Shown here: positions 39,101-52,599 of the stretch, one piece after another
Layout of the letters: the number at the start of each line of letters is the position of its first letter
How positions within the stretch are numbered: the stretch's first letter is position 1
Assembly (NCBI RefSeq): GCF_018977255.1
Contig: NW_024704756.1
Coordinates: 16,554,001 to 16,618,000, forward strand
From: Callorhinchus milii
Taxonomy: Eukaryota
DNA length: 64,000 bases
Direction of reading: 5' to 3'
Notes under the pieces: model-generated
Databases searched by the model: none
What the model saw: the letters and a program-made list of their open reading frames with translations, nothing else
What the model was told of the DNA's origin: nothing
Position numbers and translations under genes: made by a program

Positions 39101-39745
39101 CACTCCAGTGCAAAACCTGGGAGCACTGAATCATTGGACTTGCTGTTCTTCTGATGAGACTTTAAACCAAAGTCCCAGCTGCCTGTTCAGGTGGAGATCA
39201 TAAATCCTGTGATACTATTCTTTTTTTTAAAAAAGGTTTCTTCTGGTGTCCCAGCTAACACTTCTCTTGATTATTCACCTCATGTATGTTTACAGGACCG
39301 TGCAGGGATAATAAGCCCCAAATTATATCTATTATATATAAAATAATTTGGTCACTCAATCCACAGCTCATTGTGGGACACTGGTGTGCGCAATTGGGTG
39401 CAGTGTTTCACCCACAATACACACAGTCCCAACACTTTACGGTATATTCTGCGAAGCACTTTTGAGACATCAACAATGATAAAACGTTGTATCACACTCA
39501 AGGATTATTTATTTGCTGCAAAAAAGGTCACTAGATTTCAGTTACTGTAAAATATTATTTCTTTTTGGATGAGTTTTTGGTTAAAAAGTAACTTCAATGT
39601 TAAAAACCTTGTATTTTTGGGTTTACTCCATAGATGTTTGATTGAAGTGGTTATGGAAAGAAGCAAAGATTCCTTGGAGCCTGTTTCTGAGCCTGAATTA
39701 GATATTCACCAACCTCCAGCCAAGAGCTATTGCTGTAAGATTTGA
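36144..39745 (+). CDS. Diverged RAB29 (RAB7L1)-like small GTPase of the Rab32/38/29 subfamily, ~218 aa
   Basis: Exons 36144-36312, 37648-37719 (72 nt), 38107-38288 (182 nt), 38807-38928 (122 nt), 39634-39745. This five-exon pattern is RAB29-type. Motifs HLFKVIVIG..VGKT, YKATVGVDFA, WDIQGQE, PIPCILLANKCDL, EISVK, C-terminal CCKI. The start could instead be a downstream ATG (36159 or 36171). Confidence 0.85.
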
Positions 39746-42700
39746 GTAAGAGTGGAAAAGAAAGACAGAACAATTTGAACCTGCTCCATCTCACTCGAGC
39801 CATCCTTGCATTTCCATTGGACAGCCATGACTTTAGTGTCTTACGAAAATATTGAGCTTCGAAGACAGCCTTCCAGAACTTTGGTGAAATGACATTGGAG
39901 CTTTTTACATTGCAATTCTCTCAGGCTCAATGGTTAAAATACATGGCTGACAGCTTTCACCACAGTGGGCAGTAGTAGGACTTTGGGTCACTAAAGGTCA
40001 CTTACTCACAAAACCCATACAGCTCGTGTTACTTGAAGAGGATAACCTTTCAGCCATTTTTTCACGAGTTTTCCCAAAACAACAAAATTACATTTGTGTA
40101 GCGCCTTTCACATCTGGAGGACGTCCCAAGGCGCTGGACAGACAGAATTATGGACCTGAGCTGAGGGTTAGGGTGGGGGAGGGTGAAGCAGGGAGATCAA
40201 AAGCACGGTGAGAAGAGGAGGGTCTTATCGACACTACACAACATTCCTTTTCCCAAGAGATTACTTTGTACACTCAAACCGTTCAAGCAAAGTTAAATTG
40301 ATTTGCTTTCTAACATTCTAAAAGAGTGTAAAAGAATGTTCTAACTATCACCCTTCTTTGAGCAAACAGGACTAGGGCACCAACTCAGCCCAACTGGCTC
40401 ACCTCAGCATCAAAATAAAATACATTAGAGAGGTGTACAAACTAGACTAGGTAGGTTGACAATTTATAAGATAAGGAACAGAATGCTCATTTAGCAGTCT
40501 AAGGAACTTGTACTCAGGAGATTCATATTTAAGAATAAACAAGCTTGAATAAATTCTTTATTCTGAGTATTACGATTTGGGTATTTTCCATCTTGAAACG
40601 TGATTTAGATGAGGCTTAGTGACGCACTTGCTAACATGTGGAAGTGGGACACAATTATTTTAGTTATTTTCCTAGTTTGCTGCATTGACAGTTTGATTTT
40701 AGAAAGTTTCCACTCACTTGTTAATGGATAAATGATTACAGTTAGTACCACCTTCAGCAGAAAAAAAACATTCTGCTGCAGTTATTGTGACAGGCATTGA
40801 AGCTGGATGTTTGTGCTGCAACTTAAAATCCCCAATATTAATATGCACAAATCACAAAAGGACCACCTTAGACTAGCTGTGGTTTTATTGTGGTTTAATA
40901 TGAACATAACTTGACATGTTACTTTAGACAGATCACATCACTTTGGATCAAGAGAAATACATTTAATATAGCAAGAATTCTCCTTCCCAAGCAACAGATG
41001 AAGGCATCTAAATAAAATAAAGCCACCAGAAATAGAACATCCAATCAAACAAACAATTGACAAGGAACTCACCCAGTCAAGCACACTGTACTAGGAGACT
41101 TGCTATTAGCTTGAAGTAATGGAAGAAAAATTTATACAATAATCTTTGGCAAACAGAACCAAACCACAGGACCTACACCAGTATCCTGTGTGGCTAGGTG
41201 AATCTAGTGGCCATTATTGTAGATTGGACACATTTAAATGTCTAGCACAATACTTGTGGACACCACAATTTGTTTGGGATAATGGATTTAGCCTTTCCAC
41301 TCAAAAGGCAAATATCCAGGTTTTCCAATTGGATATTGTAATCAGTTTGTTCAAAATACAGCGAGGTGAGTTATGTAGTTTGGTCAATCCTCAAACCTAT
41401 TTACATCCTTCTTCCCAATTTCATTTCAACATGAGCCTAGAGGGTGCGGTGCTGTACAATAAATAGCCCTTCTCTTTCCAACAAATAAATCCTATTCTCC
41501 CCTGCACAAGTTTGTCCCAGAGCAGCACAGTCAAAACGCAGTCATGATGTGTGATGGGAGTTTCAAATGTCAGTCACCATATCAGAACAGTGCTCGGAGA
41601 TAAAACACTACCTTGAAGCAGTAATTTTCTGTGTCAGTAAGTCCTTTGACAGATTCTAAATACAGGAGAGAGGATCTGATGTGATCAATGGAAAAGATGC
41701 CACTGTAAAGTTAGTTACCAATAACTTGGTTGGCAAAGAGATTGAGCTGGAAACTTCCCACTAAAAAGCTGCACTATATCGAACCAGCCTCACCAGGCCT
41801 AACCAGCATAGAAGCATCTACTGCAGAAGTCATAGAACCAGTTACTTGGGGGCACTCACCATTGACAAATATGTTTTCTTCAGAGGTCCATTCTCACTGT
41901 ATATCCCTCCCAATTTAAGGGCCGGGAACGACAAGCCAAATTCAGCACTGAAGTCATTTTAGGACTGGAATACTTCAGCCTATTCTATAACAATCACTTC
42001 AAATACCAAACAATCACATGACGTTTCCAGCGTAACCATTCCCTTATCACTGAGCTCCCTACAGCATTGTTAATCGGAGACTTTAGCATCATATTTAGGC
42101 CAGTTATTCAGCTCAAGTCTAATACCACTTAGACACCACCCAAGAAAATTCAGCCCTCTCCTGAAGCCTGCCCAGGTTCTATCAGTGGAATTTACATCCA
42201 ATTTAGATTCAAATAAGTTTGAGATTTACATCAGCATATGACAATAATACTTTCTACAGTAGAAAGTCAGTTAACTGAATCATTTGCCAAATATTTTGAA
42301 CAGGTATCTGATTTTCTATACCCAGTTCATTTTCACCAGACAGAAATCCAGACATCCCAAGTCTGAAAACAAAGCAGAGGAACAATCCGGGCACAATCCT
42401 AAAATAGATGAACTTGGTTTGCCGATTGTATAAACTGCAAAAATAAGTGAAGCTTGGGTCCAACCTCAGCTGTAGACACAGCTTTCATTGATAATGGCTC
42501 ACAGTTTACCAATGCTATTTAAAGGATTAGCACCAGATTAGTACAATCTTGTGACAACTATTAAAACTGTAGAGCTCTACTAGTCTAGTCCAAGGAGTTT
42601 CTCCTCTTGGTCCTTTTCATGGTTCTTCTAGAGTGTAGTATGATCCCATTTGTGTAGTACATCAGAGTAGAGCAAACACCAACATCGTGAGGATCTGGGT

Positions 42701-43290
42701 CGGGGGGGGGGGGGGGGGGGGGGAAATGACCGCTCCTCTCCCCTGATCAAACACAATTATGTTCAGAGACTCATTCAAGTTAGTCTCAATGAGTCTTCAG
42801 ACAAGTTGTTCACCAGAAGCATTTTAATATATTTGCAGGACAGCTCAACGATTGTACACCGGGACAATGGCGGTTCATACTTAAATTTTACACAATTAGG
42901 AACAGATACTATCTGGCAATTTGTGAGCTGAACTTAAATCATTACCCCTCCAACCACAGGGAGAGGGAAGGGGGTGAAATAATAGGAAGTTTAGACAATC
43001 AGGTCAGTGATTCAGAACATAGTATCTGGGCTCTCAAAAAAAAATCCAAGCAATTCAGCAGTAACCCGTGTAGAGTCTTAATGTAGTCATTTCTAAAGTT
43101 AAGGAGCTTTTTAGATAAATAGAAATGGGTGTTAGAAGCCACATTAATACTGTCAGAACAGCATGGTTTAGTCTTGAAAGGTTGACAAACAATACAAGAA
43201 TGAAAGCAAGAGTATATATAGTTTTTAGTGTAAAAATAAATGTAATTCACACTGGAGGTTGGGAATGAAGGGAAGACCAAGTGTGCTAGA

Positions 43291-46200
43291 CTACTGGCGT
43301 ACTTTACCAGGAACATAATTCTTGTCAATGGTTTCCTCTTGTAAGAACATGTGCAGGCAGCGCTCATTCTGAGCCAATGGATGACCAGCAATTCTAGACA
43401 GAGAAATAAGGGACAAAGGTTAGTGGGCAAAGGTCCTTCATATTGATCCCTAATAAAGGCTGGCATGCATTGTACAAGCCTAATCATTGCCAGCTGCCAA
43501 ATGATCTTCAACAAGGTATTTTTGAATAGTGGCATGGGATCCTTAACATTCACCTGAACAAGCAGATAGAACCTTAACATCTAATCTGAAGGACAGCTAC
43601 CTCCAGCACTGAATAGATGTGAAAAGTCCCAATATAGGGCTTAAACCCATAACTTTTGGACTACTACAAACTGAGCCAGGCTGATGACCCATTTTCACTG
43701 ATTGGTAAATCAAGAGCATGAAATAAATCATTTCTACAGAAATGAGGAGAACACATAGGATGGAATGCCATACAAATGGGTCTTAAAGCATAGGTCACAA
43801 CCACATTTAAAGAGGGAATTACAAATACCTGAGTAACATTTAAAAAGAACACGATGAAGGCAATGAGTAGATATCTAACGGATGGGTGAAGTGGAAATCT
43901 AGCACTAACATGATAAATCTTTAAAATTATATGGCATTTTGGAAGGGTCAATAGGGAGAGATTATTTCTACTTCTAGAGAGAGAAAAGGAAGCCAAGCCA
44001 GCATAGACATAAGCTGAATAGTCTTCCACCCAGAGAGAAAAAAAACAAACATCTTTCTAACACGACAAACAAGACTATTTACTTGTTAATGAACTGTTCT
44101 AGTCCTGCTCTTCTTTCTTCAATAAAACCTTCATCATAAATTCCATCATCTCCTCTAAATGGAAGCTGTCGTGTAAGAGCTTTTCCTGGTAAAGGTGGCA
44201 CAACAATCTGGAATAGACACAAAACCATCAACTGCAAAGTGAAATGAAAACATTGCTTCAGGTTTACCTTCACGCTGGAAGGAAGCTGCTTTGGCTGGCA
44301 CCCCATTATCATAAGTCAAGTGACTGACAACACACTGACATGTGGTGATCTGCCAGTTTGCTGCCCAGTTTAGTCTCCATTTATAAAGCAATGCATTCCA
44401 AGAAGTCAATCCCAAAGAGCCAGGGTTAACCAAAACATCTTTAGAGCAATTTACAGTGATTTACACATCTGCCATATCACATGGATAATCCAATGAGACT
44501 ATAACGCACAATATATGCACCCTCCCTCATTTTCGTCCTGCAGACATATCCCAATATAACCACCCCATTCTGCTACCAACCTGGATTAGGGCCAACCATT
44601 CAAGTCACTAAAAAAACATTTACTGTAGACAAAATGAATATTTTCCAACTCAGCCCTTCTTAAAATCCTAAAAATGAATGCATTACCTAACTCACATGCA
44701 TAATAAGCAAAGTTAAACCCCTTAGCAAGTAAGGACTTGTAGAAATTTTATGAAGGCTGCTGCAGGTGGAAGCAATAGAGATTACTTGCATCTTTTACCC
44801 CTGACAAACTTTTGGATTAATGGGTTCTAATAGTCTACCCAAATATAATTTAAATGCATTGTTTAGCATGTCAACAATATATAGTTATGGATAAAAATGT
44901 TAGTGCGATCTTAAACTGCAATATTAGCATCAGCCCCACCTCATAACAATACTGAGGTAAAAGCTTGGTCATCACAATACCACCCCCCCACCCAACTCCC
45001 CAATCCCTTCCGTACACAAAGTAAATACCAGCTTACCTTACTGTCTCTCTCCAATTCACTTTTTAACCACTCAAAGTCACTGTATCGTCTCTTCACACAG
45101 GATTCCTTGAGCTTAAAAATGGGTAAATTTGTCTGAAAAAGGAAATCACTGAGATTAGGATAATGCTACAATTAATAAAACCATTAAAAGGTTTCCATGT
45201 ACAGTATAAAGATTACTTTACTGATGACGACTAGATTTTGAAAAAGCAGGAAAGTATATGGAAGTGAAAACAAAAGATTATAGTACAATTGCCTGCTGTC
45301 CCAGATATTTTATGAACTATGCACATGTAGAAATATTTCTCATCAGGAACAAGGAATAATTTAAAATTTGAGTCATGTATTACAATACTGGACTTAGCCA
45401 CTTCCTCCCTTCTTTTGGGTTTAGGTTAGACTGCTGGTACTTCACGTGGGTTGAAGGAGCCAATGTCCCTTGGAAGCCTGGTCTACAGGCCTCTCCATTC
45501 ACAACCTGCTCAGCTGTGGGCAGTTGACTGAGCCAGGATTCAGGGCCACTTCCTGTTTCGCTCGTAACAGCTATCCCAGGTGCAGAACTACCTCAGTTGA
45601 AATGTTGAGACAGAGACGAGTACAATATGAACTGTCTTCCTTATCATTCAAGATATTGAGAAATTTAAGATACAAGAACCTAGCTTGGTGGCAACTTCAC
45701 CTATTCACGGTATCATTCATTCCAGGATTGAAAGAATGGAAGTTTTCACCAATGACAGATCAATGCATAGAGGCAATATTGCAATGGATGGATATTTTCC
45801 AGCATAGCCATTTAAGGAACCCCAGCCACGATTAAAGTGCACACAGCTAGTTAAGAGTATATCCAGAGACATAAGTAGCCTATCGTAGCATAAACTCTGC
45901 TACAGAGAAGACAGCATCTGAGGCATGCCTTCGGCCACTCTGCCCCCAGCCTCTGGAATTCCATCCCCCAATCACCCCACCTCACCCCCTCTTTAGCCTC
46001 CTTCAAGTCCCACCTCAAAGCCCTCTTCAACCATGCCATCTGTGACCCCCCTTCCCCTCCCTGACCCCAGCTCAGGTCTGAAATGCTGTACACTGTCCAG
46101 CTCCTTGAGACATCCTTCCGACATGAAAGAGGCTATACAAATGTAATCTTGTTATTGCCTGAAGGAGTTCACCTTGGATGGACACAGTTACTGCAGACTG

Positions 46201-49200
46201 ACCACTGCATGCATGTTCGAGAGCAGCAAAACAATTAATAAAATACTTAAATAGTATTTAAACTCACAGAATGTCACTTAGATACATTATATAGCTCTTT
46301 TTTAAAAAAGCTCAGAAGCCACATGAGCAATTCATTAGAAAAACATAGTCGCAGCAAATCATATTGTTTAGGGTAATATACAAAAATGTTTGCTAGTCAC
46401 ATCTAACACCCAATAAAAGCACTTCCAAACAAGGTTTATTACATGGAGGTATTATTCTTGTACAAAGGTAGTTGGATCCACCTTCATCTGGAGGCTGTTA
46501 GGATATTCAGGTAAGTGGTTATTTACATACAAGACCAGACTGAGCAACATTAAGCAAAGAAACAAATTAGGGGGGAGAAATAAATATGCTACATCATACT
46601 AACATATTAAACAGTCCCAAACCAGGTTTGATAGATTAAACGTAAGACTCTGCCCAGCGCCTTGGGACGCTCTCCTGACGTGAAAAACGCTATACAAATG
46701 TAATTTGTTGTTGTTGAATACCCAAAATTTCCATTTCTCAAGGGCAAAGCTGAATCTATGACCAGATTGTTGATAGATTCCAACTAGGAAATTGAGATAC
46801 TTCACTTTTGGAAGTTCCAACCAACAACAACATTACATTTGTATAGTGCCTTTCACATTGGGAGGACATCTATCAAAAGACAGAGAACAAGTTAATCATT
46901 GAGAATTGTATTTGCACTGGACATTTAAACATTAGCTAACCACTCAACACTATTTGAGAGGTTTTTAGGTTGGAGGACGCCAGTTACTTGCTCTTTTAGA
47001 AAAACGTTTGCTCAGTAAATAGAAGACAGAATACAAAGTTGAATCTTGTGCAATTCTGAAGTTCGTGCATATTAAAAGCCAAAATTTATTATAATTGTTA
47101 CATTTGATAGCACTTTATTTTAGGAAGACATCTGAAAGTGCTGCACATGATTTACTGTAAAATGTAGTGACTCCGTATTTTGTAGGCAAACTAAGCAGCT
47201 AATTTGCACACAGCGATGTTCCACAAACAGCTGCAAGTTGAATGACCAATTCTTATCTGGGAATTGTTGTCCAGGAGAAACTTTTTTNAAAATATAGTGC
47301 TATGAGATCTTGCCAGCAGTCAGGATCTGGTTTAATGGCTCATCTGAACGATGGCATTTCCAACAATGCAGCACACCCCTAGCAATGCACCAGAGTACTA
47401 GACAATTTTGCTAAGTATTCAATGTTCAGCAACCAGATGACTGGTTGGAATTGATAAACACCTAATGTGGTATTCCCAGAAGTTGAGCACTTTTTCTTCT
47501 ACATTCTACTATGGAGTGCTCAATGCTAACACAAGATAACTAAATGAGTGTTCCCTCCCAGCACAGAACCAAAGTGAGTTCCACTGACCTTACACTTATT
47601 GCTAATGCAGTAAGTAATGTGCTGGAGCAAAGTTAGTCTACGTAAAGACTGAAACATGATCAGGCAGGAACACAGTTGCTGAATGAGCATCCCAACAAAC
47701 ACTTTAAAATGTTAGTTTTGGCAATGTAGCAAGAATGCTGTTACTCTCCCCATCATAAAAAAACTGTGTATCCATTTTAGACCACTCTCACACTACCTAT
47801 CCTGTGGCACTCAGTACGATATCCATTTCTAAGTTGCATCAAATTCCCTTCACCATAAGACCTACTATATCAGTTAATCAAAAGCATCCGCAGGGATCAA
47901 AAAGTTAACTTTCACTGCTATTAAACCAAGGTCCATCTGCCTGTTCAGGTGCACGTTAAATAACCCATAAGTGTGGGAAAAGAATTTTTTTCATAATATC
48001 CTGACCAACAATCCTCCAATATGTTTTGCTTTATTCTTCACTCATTAGCCTGCACAGCAGACCAGAGTCTGGTAGTGTGGTGACTAAAACAAATATCTAC
48101 TCTTATTGCACGTCATTACAATGCAATACCCTCTATCTCAGGTCTACATATATTTGCAATCACTCAATTGCAGACTTTCCCACAATCTATACTAAAGGTC
48201 AAACTGAATCTACACCCATCATTTTGGGTGGAGCATCACACTGGATATTTAATTTACAGAGCAATTAGTATTAGAAACAGTGCAAAGTTTTCTCATTGTA
48301 CAATTTTGACTATTATGACCATAATAGCCAAATCCCAACATAGCATTTCAGATCCTGTGCCACTCTGATCACAGAGGTCATTAAGAATACAGTTTGACAG
48401 CATTAGCACTAATACAATGCAAACAGCTTTCGCAACATAAAACCACACACCTAATGTTTGCTATGTGGCCAATTTTCAATATTAAAAATATGCATTCTAG
48501 ATCCCTAAGGCATACAGCAACACTTATACATTTCAAGTTTACAAGGAAGTGGCCACAGACTAGAGTTAGGGTCAACTAATACATCATGAATAGTTGCTGA
48601 CATAGGGAGTCCTCACTCTAGTGTTTAAATCCCTTCATTCCTTGGCACCCCCAACTCTCTAACTTACTCTCTCCCCACAGCAGTACCCGCTGCCTCCACT
48701 CTACTGGGTTGTGCCTCCTCCGCGTCCCCCGAATCCTCCACTCCACCATTGGCAGCTGCGCCTTCTGCCCCTACGCCCCAAAACTTTGGAACTCCCTCCC
48801 TCAATCCCTTTGCCTCAGCCCCTCCTTCAACTTCTTCAGGTCACGCCTGAAGACCTTCCTTTTCGACCGCACCTACAGTCACTTTCCTCCTCCCCCTAGC
48901 TCGGCCTTGGCCTCCACCATTGTTAAGTGCACTAAGACGCCACCCAGCACGGAGGGCGCAATATAAATGCAAGTTGTTGAGTCACAACTGTCCAAGTTCA
49001 ACAACCATAAGACACAACACCAAGTATCACAAGGTGGTTAGATCTATGCACCTTCTTGTACAGCGTGCTCCCACCGACTCATACCAGCTAAACAAGTCCA
49101 TACCAATAATATCAGTGCAGGGACCACCACAGTAAAAAGGCATAACATCAGCAAGCAACTCAAAAGGGCACATCAGGTAAACCAGGCAACCGTAATAATT

Positions 49201-50007
49201 GCGTATTTATAAGCAACCAGCAGAAGACTACCAGTGACAGCCAAGAAGAGAACGTCCCAATTTCCTGGAGGGTGCAGGCCAAACACACCAGGGAAAGCCC
49301 GCACTTAAAACCAACATCGATTATCTCCACAACATAGTTTAACACAGCAAGAGAGAGAAATCTTTATCCTTACAGATATTGAGCGACGGGGAAGGCAATA
49401 CCCCAGTCTGTCATGGTCCTGGCGACAAATATTAAACTTATCAGAAGGGCCATCAGCGCACACCACTGGATATAAGGCACGTGAACTGCGAATACACCCA
49501 AATAACAATCAAAAGGTTATTTTTTTTAAAAAAAACCCATCGCATTGGCAAAACCACACTTTTTTTTATAAAAAAAATCAGTGCCCCCCCTGTGGTTAAG
49601 GTGAATAGCTGTGTTGTGGCTGACGAGCAACGGTTGAACGTCGCACACGAATCATTGCGGCGAAAGGAATCAAACGCTCGGGCGGTGGGGGGGGAAGGGG
49701 GGGGTTCGGGGAGGGGAGGGGGAGTGGGGGGTCGCTGAGGGCGACGAACAGCACTGAGCAGGTAGGCCGCGGCCGAAGCCTCGGGCTGGAGTTACACCGG
49801 CTTCCCCAGGGGAGGGGAGGGCACCTGAAACACGCAGCCACCCACCTTCATGCGAACCTCGTAGGTGGTGTACTTGCTCCTCCCCACGCCCACAGTATGC
49901 GGGTTGAAGATGTCGATTTCTAGGAAGTTACTGGGGGGCCCGTACGCGTCGTTCAAGTCCTGGCGTCCGCTGTTGAGTCTGCGGGTGTCGGCCACAGCCT
50001 CCGCCAT
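43291..50007 (-). CDS. SNX12: Sorting nexin 12 (PX domain), 161 aa
   Basis: Exons 50007-49846, 45132-45037, 44207-44083, 43393-43291. SNX12-type residues LEIDIFNP, ESCVKRRYSDFEWLKSELERDSKIVVPPLPGKAL, C-terminal YVPGKVRQ*. Head-to-head with a FOXO gene. Confidence 0.92.
48605..48980 (+). mobile_element. L2 LINE 3' fragment, second subfamily
   Basis: AFCPYAPKLWNSLPQSL..FRSRLKTFLF; tail gagggcgcaatataaatgcaagttgttg. Related to 55030-55415. Confidence 0.8.
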
Positions 50008-50400
50008 TTTTTTTTTTCCCTTCCCCTCAGCCCGTTACCCGCCTTCCCCGCCTCCAGCGCTCGCTTTTAAATTTAAAAAGGCCCCGCCACGCAACCTGCA
50101 TAACGCACTATACTTCCGGCCGGGCGTGACTGTCGCGCCCTCGTCATTCGGATTCCGGGGTCCGCAGGCAGCCGGTGGGCGGGCAAACGATGACGTCCAT
50201 GCCGCACCCCGGAACGTGTGCGCGATAGCACAGATCTGACGCCAGGGCACGAGGCGTGCTTGCGAGTATTCGCGTTGCCGGGCCACGACCGGCGCCGCAG
50301 ACGGAGCCCCGAAACATGCGTAGTGACTCCTGCTAAGTGCGATACGCAACTTGCAGTGGGATATTCAGATTGCAGGGGCGCCGCGCTACTCGCCTAGGGT
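49650..50400 (-). promoter_or_regulatory. CpG island / SNX12 promoter
   Basis: CpG-dense around exon 1; ACTTCCGG ETS/GABPA site (~50112-50119) and TGACGTC (~50191). Confidence 0.7.
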
Positions 50401-50789
50401 CGAGCATAGAGCATTGCACATCCAGTCAGCTGTATGGAAGATTATCTGATATTCGGGTTCCCGGGTTCAAATTGCCTCCAGAGTCGTCTATGAACAGAGG
50501 GTAAGAAAAATATAATAACATCAAATATAATAATAATCCTTGTATTTGACATAGTGCCCTATGTTCAGAAGAACAGGATCCGTCAATAATAGTCCGTTAT
50601 TCATATTCAGGTTTGAAAGAGGACACGAAAAAATAAAATATAAGAAATACATGAATTTTTTTTGGTCATCAAGAGCAAGCATACTTTCCCCCAGCTATCT
50701 ACAGTTTCTCCCAATACCTCCCTCCCTTCTACTCTCCTTCTCTGCTTTCAAAACCCTTCTAAAAACATATCTCTGTCAACTTCCTCCTT

Positions 50790-51230
50790 CCTCCTTTCTC
50801 TCTGACCTACTATCCCCCTACTTACCTGCCCGTACCCTCCGTTCCTCTGGGTCCGGTCTGCTCCACATCCCCCGCCCTAACCGCCCTACCATCAGTGGCC
50901 TTCAGCCTCTCAGCCCTTAGGCTCTGGAACTCCATCCCCCAGTGCCTTCGCCGCTTCCTCCCTTTCCTCCTTCAAGGCCGGTCTCAAGACCTTTTTCTTC
51001 GACCGTGCCTTCAGCTCCCCTCTCAACTCTCTACCCCCTCCTCGCTCCCTCCCTTCCCTTCCCATCCTTCACCCTGACCATTTCCCCCCTCCTCGCTCCC
51101 TCCCTTGCCTCCCCTCACCTTGACCATTTCCCCCCCCAATGCTCGGGTCCCGACCCAACTGTCCCGCGCCTTGGGACGTCCTCCCGACGTGAAAGGCGCT
51201 CCCTACATGAAATCTTGTTGTTGTTGTTGT
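50790..51230 (+). mobile_element. L2 LINE 3' fragment
   Basis: Near-identical to the 23040 and 59530 copies; has an internal tandem duplication at ~51035-51140. Confidence 0.85.
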
Positions 51231-51556
51231 TTCTACCTCCCTCTCCAACCACAATCTCCCAACCTTGTTTGGGCACCCGCCCTCTGAAACTGTTTTACTG
51301 TGTAGTGTACTGTAAGCTGTTGCACAGCGAGGTTGCAGTGTGAGGTTGCCGCCACACGAGGGCCTCAGAAAACAGAAGGAATTAGCTCGCCCTCTAATGG
51401 CAGATAATTGGCATTGCAAGATTTAAACTACAGTCTATCATACAGTACTTGCATTTGGTGCAGCACCTTTCACGTCGGGAGCACATCTCAAAGTGGTTCA
51501 CAGAAATGCAAAGCGAAGTGACTGTTTTGAGGGGCAGACACGCGCACATTTTATTT

Positions 51557-51790
51557 AGAAGTCACTGGGAACATGCAGCAGGTCAGGCAGCATCTATGGA
51601 GAAAAATGTGAGTCAGCGTTTCGGGTCCACAAACCCTTCGTCAGAACCTTGCATTCTGAACGAAGGGTCGTGGACCCGAAATGTTGACTCACTTTCCTTT
51701 CTCCATAGATGCTGCCTGACCTGCTGACTGTTCCCAGCGACTTCTGTTTTTGTTTCAGATTTCCAGCATCTGCAGTATTTTGTGTTTTGT
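51557..51790. mobile_element. Foldback (inverted-repeat) element, probably Penelope-like-derived, with hammerhead-like cores
   Basis: Arms ~51557-51646 and ~51654-51745 are imperfect reverse complements. The left arm has a CTGACGA-stem-GAAAC core on the minus strand. Confidence 0.7.
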
Positions 51791-52599
51791 TCACATTTTA
51801 TTTAGTATGTGAATGTTGGGCTAGAACAGGACTAGTCTTACCGGTTACCCCAGCAGCCAATCAAATTTTTCCTGAGGCAACAATGACTGCTCTTTATTGC
51901 ACATGTACAGAGGCTGATTTAGCATTTTTATGACACTTTTAGCAAGTCGATTGAGTATGGAGGTCGTAGGCCTATGTGGAGGTCAGGGGATAGCTGAGTG
52001 AAAGCTTGAAGGACAGTTAGAGGTTGAACATCCCTTGTTTGACACCGAGCTTCTGCACCGGCTCTATGAGATGGAGTGGGGACTTGCGCAGGTCAAAAGG
52101 GTCAGTGTCTCAGGTGAGAAGAAGCTGACAGGTGTCAAGCGGGGAGACTGAGATTTAGCGGCAGACTATGTGGAGGCAATGGGTAGTGGGTTGGGGAATA
52201 AGTATGTCGGAGAGGTAGGGCGGTGCCAAGGCGTGAAGGGATTTGAAGACAAGTACGAGGATTTTGAAATCGATTTGTTCGGTGATAGGAAACCAGTGGA
52301 GCCTGGCTGGAAATGGTGCGATGGGGGGGTGTGGGGGTGGGGGGGGTGTAGGGGTTCAGTGCGAGTGAGTATGCAGTAAGTAATGGTCATTACAAAGTAC
52401 ATTCGTCATTACATTCGCCCACAAATATACAGTCAATTCACCTTACAGTATACGCTGTGAAGCGCTTTGAGACGTCGAGAAGACGTGAAAAGCGCTATAT
52501 CAAATGCGAGGATTATTATTGTTACTGTCGTTATCATTATACACAACGGTAAGGAAATCAAATCATTAAACGCTGTGGAAGAGGAGGGGAGAGGGTTAA

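Noticed and set aside
42999-43580. 193-aa minus-strand ORF overlapping the SNX12 last exon
   Set aside because: It is in a different frame from the conserved exon and starts inside a SINE remnant.
47288-47288. Single N base
   Set aside because: Assembly ambiguity in a T/A run; not biological.
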